NCBI RefSeq assembly: GCF_009914755.1 | Contig: NC_060934.1 | Reading direction: 5' to 3' (one strand) | From: the human T2T-CHM13v2.0 reference genome, Homo sapiens | DNA: 64,000 nucleotides | Shown: positions 27,370 through 45,280 of the stretch, piece after piece | Layout: each line of letters starts with the position of its first letter | How positions within the stretch are numbered: the first letter of the stretch is position 1 | The notes under the pieces: model-generated | Seen by the model: only the letters and a program-made list of their open reading frames with translations | The model's database searches: none | Told to the model about the DNA's origin: nothing | Made by a program: the position numbers and the translations under genes

Positions 27370-27580
27370 TGCCCTTTACCAGACCTGAGTTCAAATCCAG
27401 GATCTGCGACCTGCTAGCTGTGTGAACCTGGGCAAACTACTTAACTACTCTGGGTCCTGTTTTTCTTATCTAGAAAGTAATGGAATGAATAAAGCAACCT
27501 GTATTATAGGGTTGTGATGAATAAATGACACATGCTGTGAAAGTGCCCACTGCAATGCTTGGCACACAGTAAGGTGGTCC
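27370..27580 (+). mobile_element. MIR SINE (preceded by an L2 3' end with gaat repeats near 27250-27330)
   Basis: cagacctgagttcaaatcc...tagctgtgtgaacctgggcaa...cttaac core. Confidence 0.75.
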
Positions 27581-28481
27581 ATCATTTGCAGATTCTAGCT
27601 TAGTCATGGATTCACAGCTGTTGGTGTGGAGCCACACCCTCACACTAATATTTCAGGGAAGGCAGAGTCCCTGAGGCTGGAGAAAGATCTTTGGTGAATC
27701 TTTCAAAATGGAGCAGTGACATCCTTCCTGAATGTCCTTCAGAGCAAATCATCAGCTTATCATTCTGTTCTATCTGAAGTAGCACCCAGAGTTGGAAACA
27801 GACGATGTGAGTATGTGCAAGTGAATATTCTTAGGCAGCTTTAACATGACAGCACCATGGCCCACCCTTATTAACAACCTAGATAATTTGCCAGGAGACT
27901 GGGAAATTCTCAGTTATGAAAGGATATTACTACTATGATAACCCTAAGCCACTACTGCCCAGAGTGTGTTTAAAGACACAGTAATCCCACAAAATGATAT
28001 GGCAAAAAAGAGCAGTCATGTTTCAGAAACTTGAAAAATGAAGATTTCTGCATCGCTTCTTGGAGAATTTCAAAGCATGTTAGAAGGCAAAAGACTTTGA
28101 TAAGTTCCATAATGAAGAAATTCATTTAATTTTGCAGAATCTGGTGTTTACAAGCTTATTTGACCATGGAGCCCTTTTATCAGCAACATCCACCAAAAGA
28201 TTGTAGAATTAATGTTCTGAACTGTTTTTGGGAAATGGTAATTTGGATATTGTTTCCTGAAATGCTCTACCTCTCTCAGTGTTGTAGCTCCTATATGGAG
28301 AAGAAAGAGATGGGGAGTCAATCTGATGGCTTAGAATTGATACTGAAAAGTATTGACAAGATGAGTAGCAACTAACTATCCCCTTCCACCTTCCCTCTAT
28401 TCCTTTCCCTTCCTCTTCACTCAAATCAGTTTCCTAGGATTGTCACCTTTTTACTTATGTCACAAGTGTATTCCATTAGGC

Positions 28482-28698
28482 CAGTGGTTCTCAACTGGGG
28501 GCAATTTTGCCCACCCGTAGAGTATATTTTGCAATGTCTGAAGGCATTTTTCGTTGTCACATCTTGGAGGTTGCTACTGGTATCTAACAGAGACAGGCCT
28601 GGGATGCTGCTAAACATCCTACAATCCACTGGACAGACCCCCACAGCCAAGAATGATCTGTTCCAAAATATCAATAGTGGTGAGGCTGAGAAACCCTG
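28482..28698 (+). mobile_element. MER20 hAT-Charlie MITE, full length
   Basis: TIRs cagtggttctca / tgagaaaccctg; decayed 8-bp TSD cattaggc / catcagac. Confidence 0.9.
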
Positions 28699-29058
28699 CA
28701 TCAGACCTATGGTTATGGCATGCATTCTTCATTACAGTAAATATTTATTGAGCAATCATTGTACCCCAGGCCCAGAGATTAAATGTCTGAAGATGGAGGA
28801 AACAATAAGAGGGGAAAAACTCATGAAATTTATAGTTTAGTGAAGAAAATAGATATTCATTAAATAATCACATAGATAAGTATGCAATTATAATATTGAT
28901 AAATGTTGTAGGACCACATGGCTTGATTTTCTAATCCAAAGTTAGGAACATAGTTTGAGAGGTCTGCATGGAATTATGAGATGAACTAAATAAAAGCATT
29001 TCTATTTAAAGTTATGGGAAGTCATCTCAAGCATAGGTGCTTTTAAAGAATGTTTTGA

Positions 29059-30719
<1,661 letters not shown>

Positions 30720-30760
30720 AAAGAATGTTTTGAAAAACTAATCTTGTATATATGTCCTAC

Positions 30761-30925
30761 CTGGTTTGATATTGTTGAATTCCTTTTCAATCATCTCTTC
30801 AGAGGTAGACAGCATAAGATTTCTTACATATAGGATTTTCACTGAAGACATTGTATCTTCATCAACTTCTACTTCTGGCTCTGCCCAGTCTACTGCAATA
30901 CCATGTCCCCATAACTGAATTCTTC
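30761..30925 (-). CDS. A1CF: A1CF coding exon [18 protein letters not shown]...ILYVRNL...NNIKP (end of RRM2, start of RRM3)
   Basis: Translated by hand; caacag| acceptor, CAG|gtagga donor, 165 nt, phase 1 to 1. Confidence 0.97.
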
Positions 30926-32534
30926 CTGTTGAAAATGATCACCATTATGATTAATTATGTAGGAATCAGGACAACATCATCTCAATTTATACCAATGGTC
31001 TTTTAAATTGACCTGACCCTTGAGGTCTTGAATGAGCAAGAAGACCATTAAAACTGGTGAGTGTTGATCTTAAGAGACATTCCAAGTGGAGTAGCTGATT
31101 AGAAGGGAGTTCTGTGTGACCGGTGGCTTGTTATAACTATCGATTATAAAGGGAACCAGGACGTGGTTTGAGGTTGAACAGAAATGAGGCAGCAGAGGCC
31201 ACATTTGGCTCTTAGAACAACACTCATTGGGTGAAGGTAGTCACTTAAGGTAAGATAGCACAAGGGAGATAGGAAAATTATGGATTTAGGGCCCAGATAT
31301 AGAATCTGACTCCACAGAACATTAAGAAGGTTACTAGGAAGAGCATTTACTGCTGCTGGAATCTGTGTTGTTAATTAGGCTAGGTACCACAATTGAGATG
31401 TTCAAAAAATGGTGTTTGGGCAAAGGTGGGTGGGACTCAGGCATCCTTAATTTGTTCTCTGTCCCTCACACTTGGTCAAGGCTTAGATCAGCTGTGTTCC
31501 CTCTTAATCCTCTTTCACAACATGAATAAATTGGGAATCTGGAGACATTTTCAAAAAGTCCTAATTAAGAAGACAGATGACAAGCAATGGAAGAGTCTAT
31601 AATGAGAATTTTAATTCTTCTGTAAAGGGTAGTTGTTCTCCATGGCTACATATATTTTTGTATTACTATGAACACATTTTATTGAGTGTCTTGTACTGTA
31701 CCATCTGTTTCCCATGTGCCATCTCAGTTACTTCTCACAGTAACCCTGTGGGGAGGTGAATTACTCCCAATTTTACAGAATGGGAAATGAGCTTTAGAGA
31801 GGATAACTTTCCCAGGCCTGTTCTACTTAACCACCTCCCCCTTTTTTGTTGTTGTTTTGTTTTGTTTTGTTTTTTGGTGACTCTGCTCCTATACCCCTAC
31901 GCAGTGCAGATCTTGTTGAAGTGATGAGAGGAGAGTGAGAGTCAACCCAAGTTCTAAATTTGATTGGAAATCTAGTTTGTTTTTTATTCGTTATTTGGGA
32001 ATAAACTTTATCCCGTAAGCAATACAAAGCTTGAGAGAACAAAATCAGGAACTCTCAGTATTGGTAAGGGTTTATTTGTTTAATTACTACACATAGGAAG
32101 CAATTATTTTCAATAAGAATGCATCTTTATATTCCTTGAAAAGCAGTCAGTAAAAGCATCCGTGGCCCTGGCATTCTAAAACCCAAATGAAGAATAGGCA
32201 TGTCTTAAGAGATAACTGACCCTGGAGAAGCTGGCTCTTGTTACCCTAGCTGTGACCATCTTGTTCTGTGTTGCATTTCAGGGGATAGTTTTCTTCATTA
32301 CTCTCTTCCTTTCCCCTTGTATGCTTTACATAGACTTTTTTTGTTTGTATTATTCCAAGATCCCCAAGGCTCCCACATAATTCTGGCTTTGGTAGCTCAG
32401 TGGTTCTCAGCCTTGGCTCCATATTGGGTGAGGTTTAAAAAATAATGAAACCTGGGTTCCACCCAGTGATGTACTAGAGCCAGTTCTTATCTACTTGCAA
32501 AAATAGATGATTAAATTTTTGCATTTTTCCTTCC

Positions 32535-34830
<2,296 letters not shown>

Positions 34831-35649
34831 CAGAATTTTGTGAGCCAGTTAAAGTCGCATTGGTAGCCTGAAATCAGCCACAGTGGGAGTGTTAATACCA
34901 TGGAAACTGGCAAATGCTACAAATCAGGGCTTTTGTTTTTTCCTCTGGGAGCTGGCTGTTAAAGATTTACCAGCTCGTTACTGACCTCTGGACTACCTAC
35001 CCTTCCCAATTCTGATATAAGTGGGCTGGATCTCAGGAGTTTTAAAAGTAGCTTAGTTAATTCTAAAATGCAGCCACAGTTGAGTACTACTGCTCTAGCT
35101 TTAGTCTTCTCAGCCTAGGACCACGAAGAGCTGCATAAGGCTAAGGGAACAGAAATGAGAGTAAATATGGGAAGCAGTGATTTCCACCAACATCCTTGTG
35201 AAGGCCTCTGGTGAAAGTGAGTGTTACAGAGTGATTTGAGAGCATGAGCTAGAAGTAAGACAAGTTCAAATGTCAGAACAATCATCCTGGCTAGAAAACA
35301 TATCCTTTCTAACATCAGTTTCCTTATCTACAACCTACTATTGTTGTGAGGTCAGGAAAAGATGATGCAGAGAAGACTTAATAACTTTTAAATTATGATT
35401 TAACAATACACTCTCCTCTTAATAATTTTTCCTGTTTTTGTGTATGTATAGTTTTCTCAGAATATGCACTCTTTGAGTGCAATGGTTAGGTACTATGTTT
35501 TTTTTTTTATTTTTAGAATCTCTCATGTCATTCAGAAGGGAGCAATATGTGTTCTAGATGCTTAATAAATATTTACTGACTGAGCAGTTCCCAGGTATTC
35601 CTATTTACATGCCATGAAGATGATTACCCAGTATCATTAGCTGATAGAT

Positions 35650-36018
35650 TTAGCTGTGAATCACAAAATTTGACTGAAGAATAGAATCATCTGGAAAACT
35701 TAAAACACCAGTTCCCTAACTTTATATTCCAGTGATGCAGATTCAATTGATTAGAGGCTGACATGGGTACTCACATTGTTTGAAAACATCAGGTAATTCC
35801 AATGTGCAGCCTAGGATGGAAAATCATTGATTCAAATCATGGGTTTTCAAATGTGCAGTCCTGGGAGTAGTAGCATCCTGGGAGCTTGTTGTAAATGCGA
35901 ATTACCTGGCCTGACACCAGACCTACTGAATCAAGAACTCTGGCGGTGGGATCTAGCAATCTGTGCTATAACAAGCCCTCCAGGTGATGCTGATGCAGCC
36001 TGACATTGAGAATCACTG
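35650..36018. mobile_element. Two adjacent MER5-family MITEs
   Basis: ccagacctactgaatcaagaactctgg...acaagccctccaggtgatgctgatgca...tgagaatcactg. Confidence 0.75.
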
Positions 36019-38703
36019 CCAGGACTTTTCTTCAGAGCATTCTTAGAACACCTTTCTAGTTTCTGAGTGGGATGCAGCAACTTTGTTCTGTAAAGAGCTC
36101 AATAAAGGTGAGATTTCTCAAGGGGGAACTGCCACTGTTTAGAGAGGAGGTAAGTGACTGAGGAGCAGTTACATCCCTTTAGACAACTATTGTCTCTCTG
36201 TCTCCAAGTCTGGGTCAATTAAGAAAGAAAAGTTTCTTGTTGTCTTCACTTATCATTTTTCTCAACAGTCTCCTTGTTCTTTTAAACTAGGTTCTCAAAG
36301 GGTTGGCAATTAAAGAATTCCTTTGTTGTGGGTGAGTCTGCAATGGGGTAACAGGTAGAGTGATCCAAATGGGTGATAGGTTTTGTTCTGAGATCTCATT
36401 AGAGGTGAAGAAGTTTGCTCTGGCTGGCTTACTCACCACTGTGCCTCATCTTGTTAGTTTGCTGATGAGTTAGTTGCTGACTAAAATCCAGCTGAGTGAA
36501 ATCCACCTGAGACTGGCTCAAAGGGCCATAGGTAAGGGGGTTGCATTGGATCATAGTGAATATGAGTTGTGGACGGGGAGGGGAGGCAGCCTCCCTATGG
36601 CATATCCTGGACAGAGAATCCACAAGGAAAAGTCAGGACTGTGGGTGGAAGCTTAATGAAGTGCTTGAAAATTTCTGAAGCTTATCTGATAGGACCTGGC
36701 TAGCTAGTCTGCTTGACTTAGAAAAAGGAGTTCCTTCGGTGGGCCAATGTGCCATTCTCCCTGAAGAGATAGGGAAGCTTTCAGGAGGTGGAGCTTCTCT
36801 GGGATTACTGGATTGTCTTGACCCTGGAAACTGTCTTTCACTTGTTTTGGACCTTCTTTCACTGTCCTACTCCCCCACACCCCAAATTATTTCACATATC
36901 TGTTTTTACAGATAATGAATGGCTTCCTGCATTGAGGGAGGAAAGTGACTAATTCGGGCTGGAATACTGGAGGTAGGTTTCTCAAGAAGGTGCTGGCTGG
37001 GCTGGGGTGAATGTCACAAGTGACGGAGGGGCAGGTATTCCTAGTAGAGGATATAGCATTAGGAATAAACGAGACAGACATAAGCATGGAAGTGTCTAGG
37101 TCATTGAGGTGTCTGTCCTGATAGAAGGAAGAGTTTTTATTGGGAAATAGAAGGTAGCAAATATGGTCATAAAAGACCAGGAAATGAATAAAAGGTATTG
37201 AATAATGAAATCACATATTTAGTTCTTACACACAGCAAGGAGTTATGAATATTTTTGAACTGGCCAGTTAGTGACAGACATCATTCAGCCTATAGATAGA
37301 GATTGAATTCCTACTATTTGCAAGAAGGTGTTGAAAGGATAATAGGATATTTTGGAAACATTAATCTGGTGGTAATGTTCAGGATGGAGAAGTCGGAGGG
37401 TGGGGCACATGGAAGAGAAAGCAGAGCTGGGAGAATAATTAGATCTTGAAAAAAATTACATAAGGTTTAGAATATGTGTGTTTAGACTTCAGTGGTGGCC
37501 TAAGAACAGGATGGATACAAAAGACTTTTCAATGGTACAGTTGTCGATGTTGAAGAAGAAAGAAGAATTGAAGCAGATAGCAAAATATTACGTCCAGGTC
37601 ACCAAAAGGTATGCCCCCATGAGGAGTCTTAGTGAGTCTATCTATGGACCTGTGATTTAGATGACTTGACCAAATGCTGGCCAGTGAAGAGGGAAGAAGT
37701 TGTGAATGAAAGATTCAACATTAAAAATATCTACTTCTCTAAAAGATTCAGCAACCTTTGGGACTGTCTCATTTTTTTTCCCTTTAAGTTGCCTTCATGA
37801 AGATATTATTGAAAGATCTTCCCCAAGCCAGAAACTGTCTCCTAGTTTTGAAGATATCTGGGGGGCTGATCTAGTATTGGTTTGTTTTGAAGAGTGTTTA
37901 CAAAGGCAACATAAATGTAGACATCTTTGTTGTGGTTGTTTTGTTTTGAATTCTGGTGGCTCTCCCATAATTTTCATGAGAAAAATTCATTCCAGTGTGT
38001 CCAGTCTGTCATTTTTGAAATCCTCTTATTTTAGTATTCATTTAAAAACCTGTGTAAGTTGTAGAAAATGTTTTAGAATGAGCCAAGAACTGTAAAAAAT
38101 TTTCCTAAGTTGATCTGACCGAGGCAGTGTTGGGGTGGATAGAGAATTTGATAGTTATTCACCAAATGGGATCTATCCTGTGGTTGTAATAACTAACAAA
38201 TAAAGGTGGCTTTCTAAGGAGAGCTTTTATCTCTCTTCTCTCAAATTAGACAGAAATTATTAGACAACAGGGAGTCATAATGAAAGTATGTCACCTAGTT
38301 GTCATTGGAATAAGGTATCACTTGAGGTTTTTATTTCTACACTGTAATGGAGAATATACCCTAATTCTAATAAGCCTGGTAACAAAATCTATACACAAAA
38401 GTAACTGTGATTGATATACTTAATTTTAAGAAGACTCTTTATTCATCAAAGGATTGCTGTACTTAAAGTTCTGGGTTTCTTTAGTGCATGTAAATTAGCC
38501 TCAATGCACAGAATGAATATTTTTCAAAACTGAGTCTGAAAACTTCAGGGAATGGAATCAACTGTGAGACAGTGAAGAAGGATAAAAAATTTAAAATACA
38601 GCGTAATGAAAGATAGCCAAAAAAAATTAAAAATGCTTATTTTCTTTGCGGAGGCAGGCAGGATAGGCAGAGAAGTCTCATCTTTGAGGAGGGGATTGCT
38701 AAC

Positions 38704-38942
38704 CTGGTAGCAGTTTCCTCCTCGCCATGGCAGCTGCTCGATGACTCTCATACTCCACGAAGGCAAAGCCTCGGTTTTTGGTTTTATCTGCAGCGCTTGG
38801 GTAGACGATGACATCGACAACACCTTCAGTAACCTTTTTCATCTCCGATAAGATTTCTTCTCTCTTTTTGGTTTTTGGGATGCCCCCAACAAATAATCGG
38901 CAGTTGTCCACACTGGCACAAACCCCTAAGAGGCGCCCATTT
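38704..38942 (-). CDS. A1CF: A1CF coding exon [22 protein letters not shown]...RGFAFVEY...RKLLP (RRM2)
   Basis: ttgcag| acceptor, CAG|gttagc donor, 239 nt; seen in ORF 38699..39136. Confidence 0.97.
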
Positions 38943-39173
38943 CTGCAAAAAGAGCAGGGATTTTGATTGATGAGAATCCTTGTAGGATTCAGGTTGAAAA
39001 TGTATGGCTGTGGGCCAAATGTTGCCTGAAGATGTGGGATGTTTGGGTTCATAGTGTTGAAACCATTTTTGGAGAGTTGTGGCTTCTTTTGCAAGATTAT
39101 TAGATGTGTCAACATGTGCTCTACATTTTCAAACAAAAAAGTTATCTGAAGCTGAGTAGCATCTGCTTTCTTT

Positions 39174-39519
39174 TTTTATTTTATTTTACTTTAAGTTCTA
39201 GGGTACATGTGCACAACATGCAGGTTTGTTACATATGTATACATGTGCCATGTTGGTGTGCTGCACCCATTAACTCGTCATTTGCATTAGGTATATCTCC
39301 TAATGCTATCCCTCCCCCCTCCCCCCACCCCACAACAGGCCCTGGTGTGTAATGTTCCCCTTCCTGTGTCCAAGTGTTCTCATTGTTCAATTCCCACCTA
39401 TGAGTGAGAACATGCAGTGTTTGGTTTTTTGTCCTTGCGATAGTTTGCTGAGAATGATGGTTTCCAGTTTCATCCATGTCCCTACAAAGGACATGAACTC
39501 ATCCTTTTTCATGGCTGCA
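39174..39519 (-). mobile_element. L1PA 3' end (about 350 bp, 5'-truncated), sense to A1CF
   Basis: ttaagttctagggtacatgtgcacaac...G-tract 3' UTR; perfect 17-bp TSD tagcatctgctttcttt at 39157-39173 and 39520-39536. Confidence 0.95.
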
Positions 39520-40199
39520 TAGCATCTGCTTTCTTTAGGCTAGATGTGGATTCAAGAGTTGTCAATCCTCACCGCTCCCTGAAGCATCCCCAACACTGAG
39601 GTCCCTACACCTAACCCAGGTTACTGAAGCCACCTGCCTGGCCCTGCAGTCGCTTGAGTTTGCAACACCTGACATTCCTTTTCTTTTGTAGCCAAAGAGA
39701 AAAGCTGTTCTGATGTGATCTCTGTTAAAAACAGTCTTTTATACTTGAACACATTTTCACATATGACCTTATCTGCCCCACACAAAAAGACTGTGAGATC
39801 GGCAGAGTAGAAGTTATTTCCATTTACAGATGAACTTGAAACTCCAAGAAATAAAAAGACTTGCTTAAAATGTTATAGATTTTAAGGAATGAAACCTAGC
39901 TGTGGGATCTCAGTTCCTGTTTCTTCCACTGTACAGAGTTGCTTCTTAGCAAGTTGAGGTATGTACACCTTCACTGGCAGAGTACACATGGATTAAACTA
40001 TTCTGGAGAACATTTGGCAAAATGTATCAAAAGTCTTAAGTGTGCACAACCTTTGACCAAATAAAGTATCTTCTGGGAATATGTCCCTGGAAAATAAAAG
40101 TGAGCCCTAGAATTTATGTTTAAGGATATTTATTACTGCTCTTTAAAATCTCCCCCAAATTGGAAATGAGCAAAATACCTCACGGTAAAGAACTGGTTT

Positions 40200-40390
40200 A
40201 ATGTCTCTCAACTGAGATGTTACTGGCTTTGGATTGGACATTTTCTCATTGCATACTGTAGTACGTTTACCATCTCTAGTTCTTGCGTACTACATGCCAA
40301 TAGTGACCAATCTGATCATTCAAAAGTGCCTCCCCACCTTTCTAAATGCCCCCTTGGGTGGACAGTACTGCTCCTGATTGAGAATCACTG
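40200..40390 (-). mobile_element. MER20-like MITE within an old L1M fragment
   Basis: aaatgcccccttggg...gattgagaatcactg end. Confidence 0.5.
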
Positions 40391-42373
40391 GTAAACAAAA
40401 GACAGGCATTCATACCATTGCACGCTCTGCAGTCGTTAAAAAGAGTAACGTAGAAGAATATATATTGGTTTAAAAAAACAGTTCACAATTGGCTGCTAGG
40501 CTTTAAAAGGCTATAAAATAAGTATATGTGAAGGCCATTTTGATTAAAAATGTTTAGAAAAATCTGGAAAGACAATAAAATATCAACATAGTGGTTATTT
40601 TGGGGCAATGGAGTTGCGGAGAAATGGTTTTAACTTTTATTACTTTATGCTTTTTGATGTTTTCCATGTGTTACATATTAGGCTATATGACTTTTGTAAT
40701 AACACTAAGTTATTAAAAATGGGTGAAGTATGCTTAGCAGAAACGACCCATTTGCCATGAATAAAAGCTCTCAGCCAGGTGAGTGGGCGATTGGTCTGAT
40801 ATCCATGGAGCGAATGGCTCTTGGTTGTGTGGCAGGTTTTCTGACCAGGGTTAGGCCACTGTCCTAGCTGTCTCCTACGCTTTGCTGAAGAACCAAGGAC
40901 CGTGTGTCAGATCTGTGACAGGTCCATCTCAGTCTAGTAAGAATTGTGCCAGGAGTGTGGTTCTCAAGGTGAGGGAAGGGTTGAAAAAATAATCTTCCAA
41001 GTTTTTTTTTAAACTTTACTTAAAAAAGAAAACACCAAAACCTTGTTTTCCACAGTATTAATGTATTTAGAAATTATATTATTTTTGATAGTTAGGGGGC
41101 TGGTCATATATCAGTTACCAGCAGGAGGAGCCTAGAATTCCATATTTTATTTTTAAATGGTTGTGGTTTGTCAGGCACCTTTCCCGGAATTATTTGGAGA
41201 CAAAGAGCCATCTCCTTTCAAAAGCTGAGGCCACAACTTTAATGTCTCTAGAAGCCAGACATTTAGATGACGATCAGTGAATATCTGATGAAGTAGAAGC
41301 TGATATAATGATAGGTGGGTGAGAAATGGTGGATAAAAGCAAATTGAAGGTTTCTTCTCTGCAACAAAAGTTCTTTCCCTGGCAGGACTGACCCAAGGCA
41401 GAGTGCAAGTAGGTGAGGTTGTCTATGGGGTGTTTATTCTGGCTTGTCTTATTCCGTTTATTCTACCCCCTAATTTTTAAGGTAACACTCTGCCTTTACC
41501 TTGCTTCTGGCATCCAACCTGTGCTTTGACTGGAATTTTGGCCAGTAACTTTCTCTTCCTAATTTCTGTCATATTTTTCCTTTTCTTTTCCCTTCTCCTC
41601 CTCCATCATCACCACCATAACCTTCTGCAAACATTCATAGAGCACCTAGTATGTGTCAGCACTGAGATGTATGTATATTATCTCATTTATTTTTCAAAAC
41701 ACCTCATGAGGTAGGTATATTTTTATCTCTATTTCACAGACAAAGACACTAAAATTCACAGAGGATACTGTTAATTATCAGTGGCCGTAGTGGATTGATT
41801 TTATTCATTATTCATATCCTATCTGCTGTCCAAAAGTATTTACAGGCCCTATTGGGTAACAATGTGTTAAGTAGATACAGTAAATCCACTTGATTCCCTA
41901 CATAGCCAATTCCATATCTATCTCAACTCAAATACCGTTTTGGGAATAACCCTTACTGTTACGATGTCAAGGTTCCATGAAAGACCAAGGAATGGGGGAA
42001 ACTTCCAATTCTGGAAATCATAAAACTGTAATGTAGCGTTTTGTAGCCCTTTCAAAGCACTTTAGTATATATTCTTTCATATGGTGAATGCTCAGAACAT
42101 CTCTGTGTTTAGGTGCCAATGATAAAAGTGATGCTCAAAGAGGTTAAAGCATTCGTCCAAAGGAACCTGGGCTGGACCCCAGATCTCCTGATTCCTACTG
42201 CAAACAATCCTCCACATACTACACAAAGCTCTTTTGGGTCCATGGAGGCACCTGTGGGAGGGAAGCCTCCTTTATGTTTTCTCCAAGACTCTTTTCTAGA
42301 ATCCAGCCTTGGAATTGAATGGTTAGACTACAAGTAGTTGCCGAATCCAACTGATCTTCCTGTGGCTAAGGCG

Positions 42374-42747
<374 letters not shown>

Positions 42748-43299
42748 CTATAGAAAGTGAGAGAAAAATAATTGTGGTAAATCTGCTCTTTCTGCATTCA
42801 TCAAATTTAAGATCTACCCATTTTAAGGTGCAGTTCTCTTTCAGAAGGGGATAAGATGTAAAAAAAAAAACTGCATCTAGAATTGATGAACTGTGCTAAA
42901 ATACAATTTTTTTTTTTTTTATCATTTGTCGGCTTATCACTGTGTTCCAAACACTGGGTTAAGCACTGTAAAGTTGTTATAGCAATAAACCTATGAAATA
43001 GATGGTATCCCCATTTTATAGATGAGGAAATTGAGGCTTAGAATGGTGAAGTTACTTGGTGGCACTCAAATGAAGCATGGCTGACTCCAAAACTATTGCT
43101 CTTTAACTGCTGCACTAATCTTCCTCTCACGTGGCTCAGGGCTTCCTTTAAGAAAGAATTTATGACGGTTCTCTCTCCAAGTGAAGGTTTTAGAAATCAG
43201 ACAATTTCATGATGTCAGTTTTATTTCCAGTTTATCAAAACGGGCAATTGGTTGCACAAAGTCAATTACATGGGACTCTCCCCTAGTCCCATGGTCTTA

Positions 43300-44330
43300 A
43301 TTGCTATCTATATTTAGCTGACCCCCAAATTTATATTCCAACTGTGACCTGTCTCCTGACTCCACCACAATGCAGACAGTCACCTTCTCAACACCTCCCC
43401 TGGGATGTTCAATGTGCATCTCAAATGTAAAGTGCCCTAAAAGGTCCTTCCTCTGCTGTTCTTCCAGTCTTTTCCATTGCAATGGCACTAACAAGTTCAC
43501 AGATACTCGGACCAAAATCCTAGGTTTCCTCCCTGAATTCTGAATTCTCTCTCAGTCTAAATCCAATCTCTAGCCAGATTTGTGTATATCCCAGATCTCA
43601 CCCTTTCTTATCTTGTCCACCATGGACCCCCTCATCCAACTACCACCATCTCTTGTCCAAATCTAGACAACTGCAGCAGCCTTCTAACTGGTGTCCTCTT
43701 TCAAACCTCACCTGCTATAGTACATTCTCAACCAAACAGCAGAGGAATGTTTAAAAAACTATAAATGTAATCAAAACTCTTTCCTCCCTTCTATTAGAAG
43801 AAAATTCAAATTCATCACCACAGAGACTTCTGTACTTCATCTACACTTCCTCACACAGTGCACAGCTCTCCAACTGTATTGCTTTCAGTCCTCCTCTCTT
43901 TACCCTCTCCGGCCACATGGGCTTGCTTTCTGCCCCTCAAACATATCACGCTTGTTTTCACTTCGGGAACTTTATACTTGATGTTCTCTCCTTTCCTGAA
44001 ATAACCTTCCCAAGGTCTGACTGTCATGACTGGCTCTTTTCATTCAAGTCTCAGATTAAGTTTCACTCTGCCAGAGAGTATTTTCTTAAATACACCAAAT
44101 TAGAGTAGCCACCTTCTCACACAACTTTATCCCATCCCTGGTTTGATTTTTTCATACTATTTTGAGTGATCTTATATATTTGCTCTGCAAGTAGGAAATT
44201 ATACCTTGATATATTCCCAATATTTTGAACAGTGCCCAATATATATTTATGAAACAGGCAAATTATTAAGTTTTGTTTCTTTGAACACTCATAGAACTTA
44301 GTTTGGTATTCATATAGTATTGATATTAAT
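43300..44330 (-). mobile_element. L2 LINE fragment
   Basis: tatattccaactg...catctcaaa...aactgcagcagccttctaactggt pattern typical of L2. Confidence 0.6.
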
Positions 44331-44492
44331 AAATATTTAATCAAATTTATTTTTGCCAAGGAAAAATACTAATCTATTTCATTTCTGGCTTGGCTTTTTT
44401 TTTGGCATACACCATATTAGATAAACTTGATAGAAAAACAGACACAGGTGCATTGTTTGTTTCACTTTTAATCTAGAAGAGGCGGAGCTTAC

Positions 44493-44623
44493 CTAATTTC
44501 ATAATTATTAAGTTGCTTGATTGCATTCTTGGCTTCCACTTTATTTGAAAATGTTACAAATGCATATCCTCTATTGTTGCCATTAAAATCCATCATCATT
44601 CTCATTTCATAAATTTTACCGAT
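44493..44623 (-). CDS. A1CF: A1CF coding exon [25 protein letters not shown]...NNYEIR (RRM1, RNP1 RGYAFVTF)
   Basis: Translated by hand; ttgcag| acceptor, AG|gtaagc donor, 131 nt, phase 0 to 2. Confidence 0.97.
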
Positions 44624-44694
44624 CTGCAAGTAATAGAAATAGAACATTTATATTTATACGTTTGTACTTCTGAATGTATGTGTGCATGTGCTGA

Positions 44695-44720
44695 TACACA
44701 CACAAACACACACACACACA
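44695..44720. repeat. Interrupted (CA)n microsatellite, (UG)n in the pre-mRNA
   Basis: acacacacaaacacacacacaca. Confidence 0.85.
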
Positions 44721-44962
44721 ATGCTTTCTGAAGTTTGCCTCCTGCCAGTACTATTTGGCATTTGCATCCCATGTGGAATGGTTTGCATATTTTCATGTGG
44801 GTTCAGATCAGTTATCTGATTCATGAGAGAAGTTAAGTTAAATAAAATGTGTACAAGTGACATTTCAGCCTGAGTTAACAGAATGTGTTTTTGGTAGGGC
44901 AAATGACCTTTTATCACATAATTATCTGGAACATCTTAGAGACATGAAAACACATTTTATCA

Positions 44963-45280
<318 letters not shown>

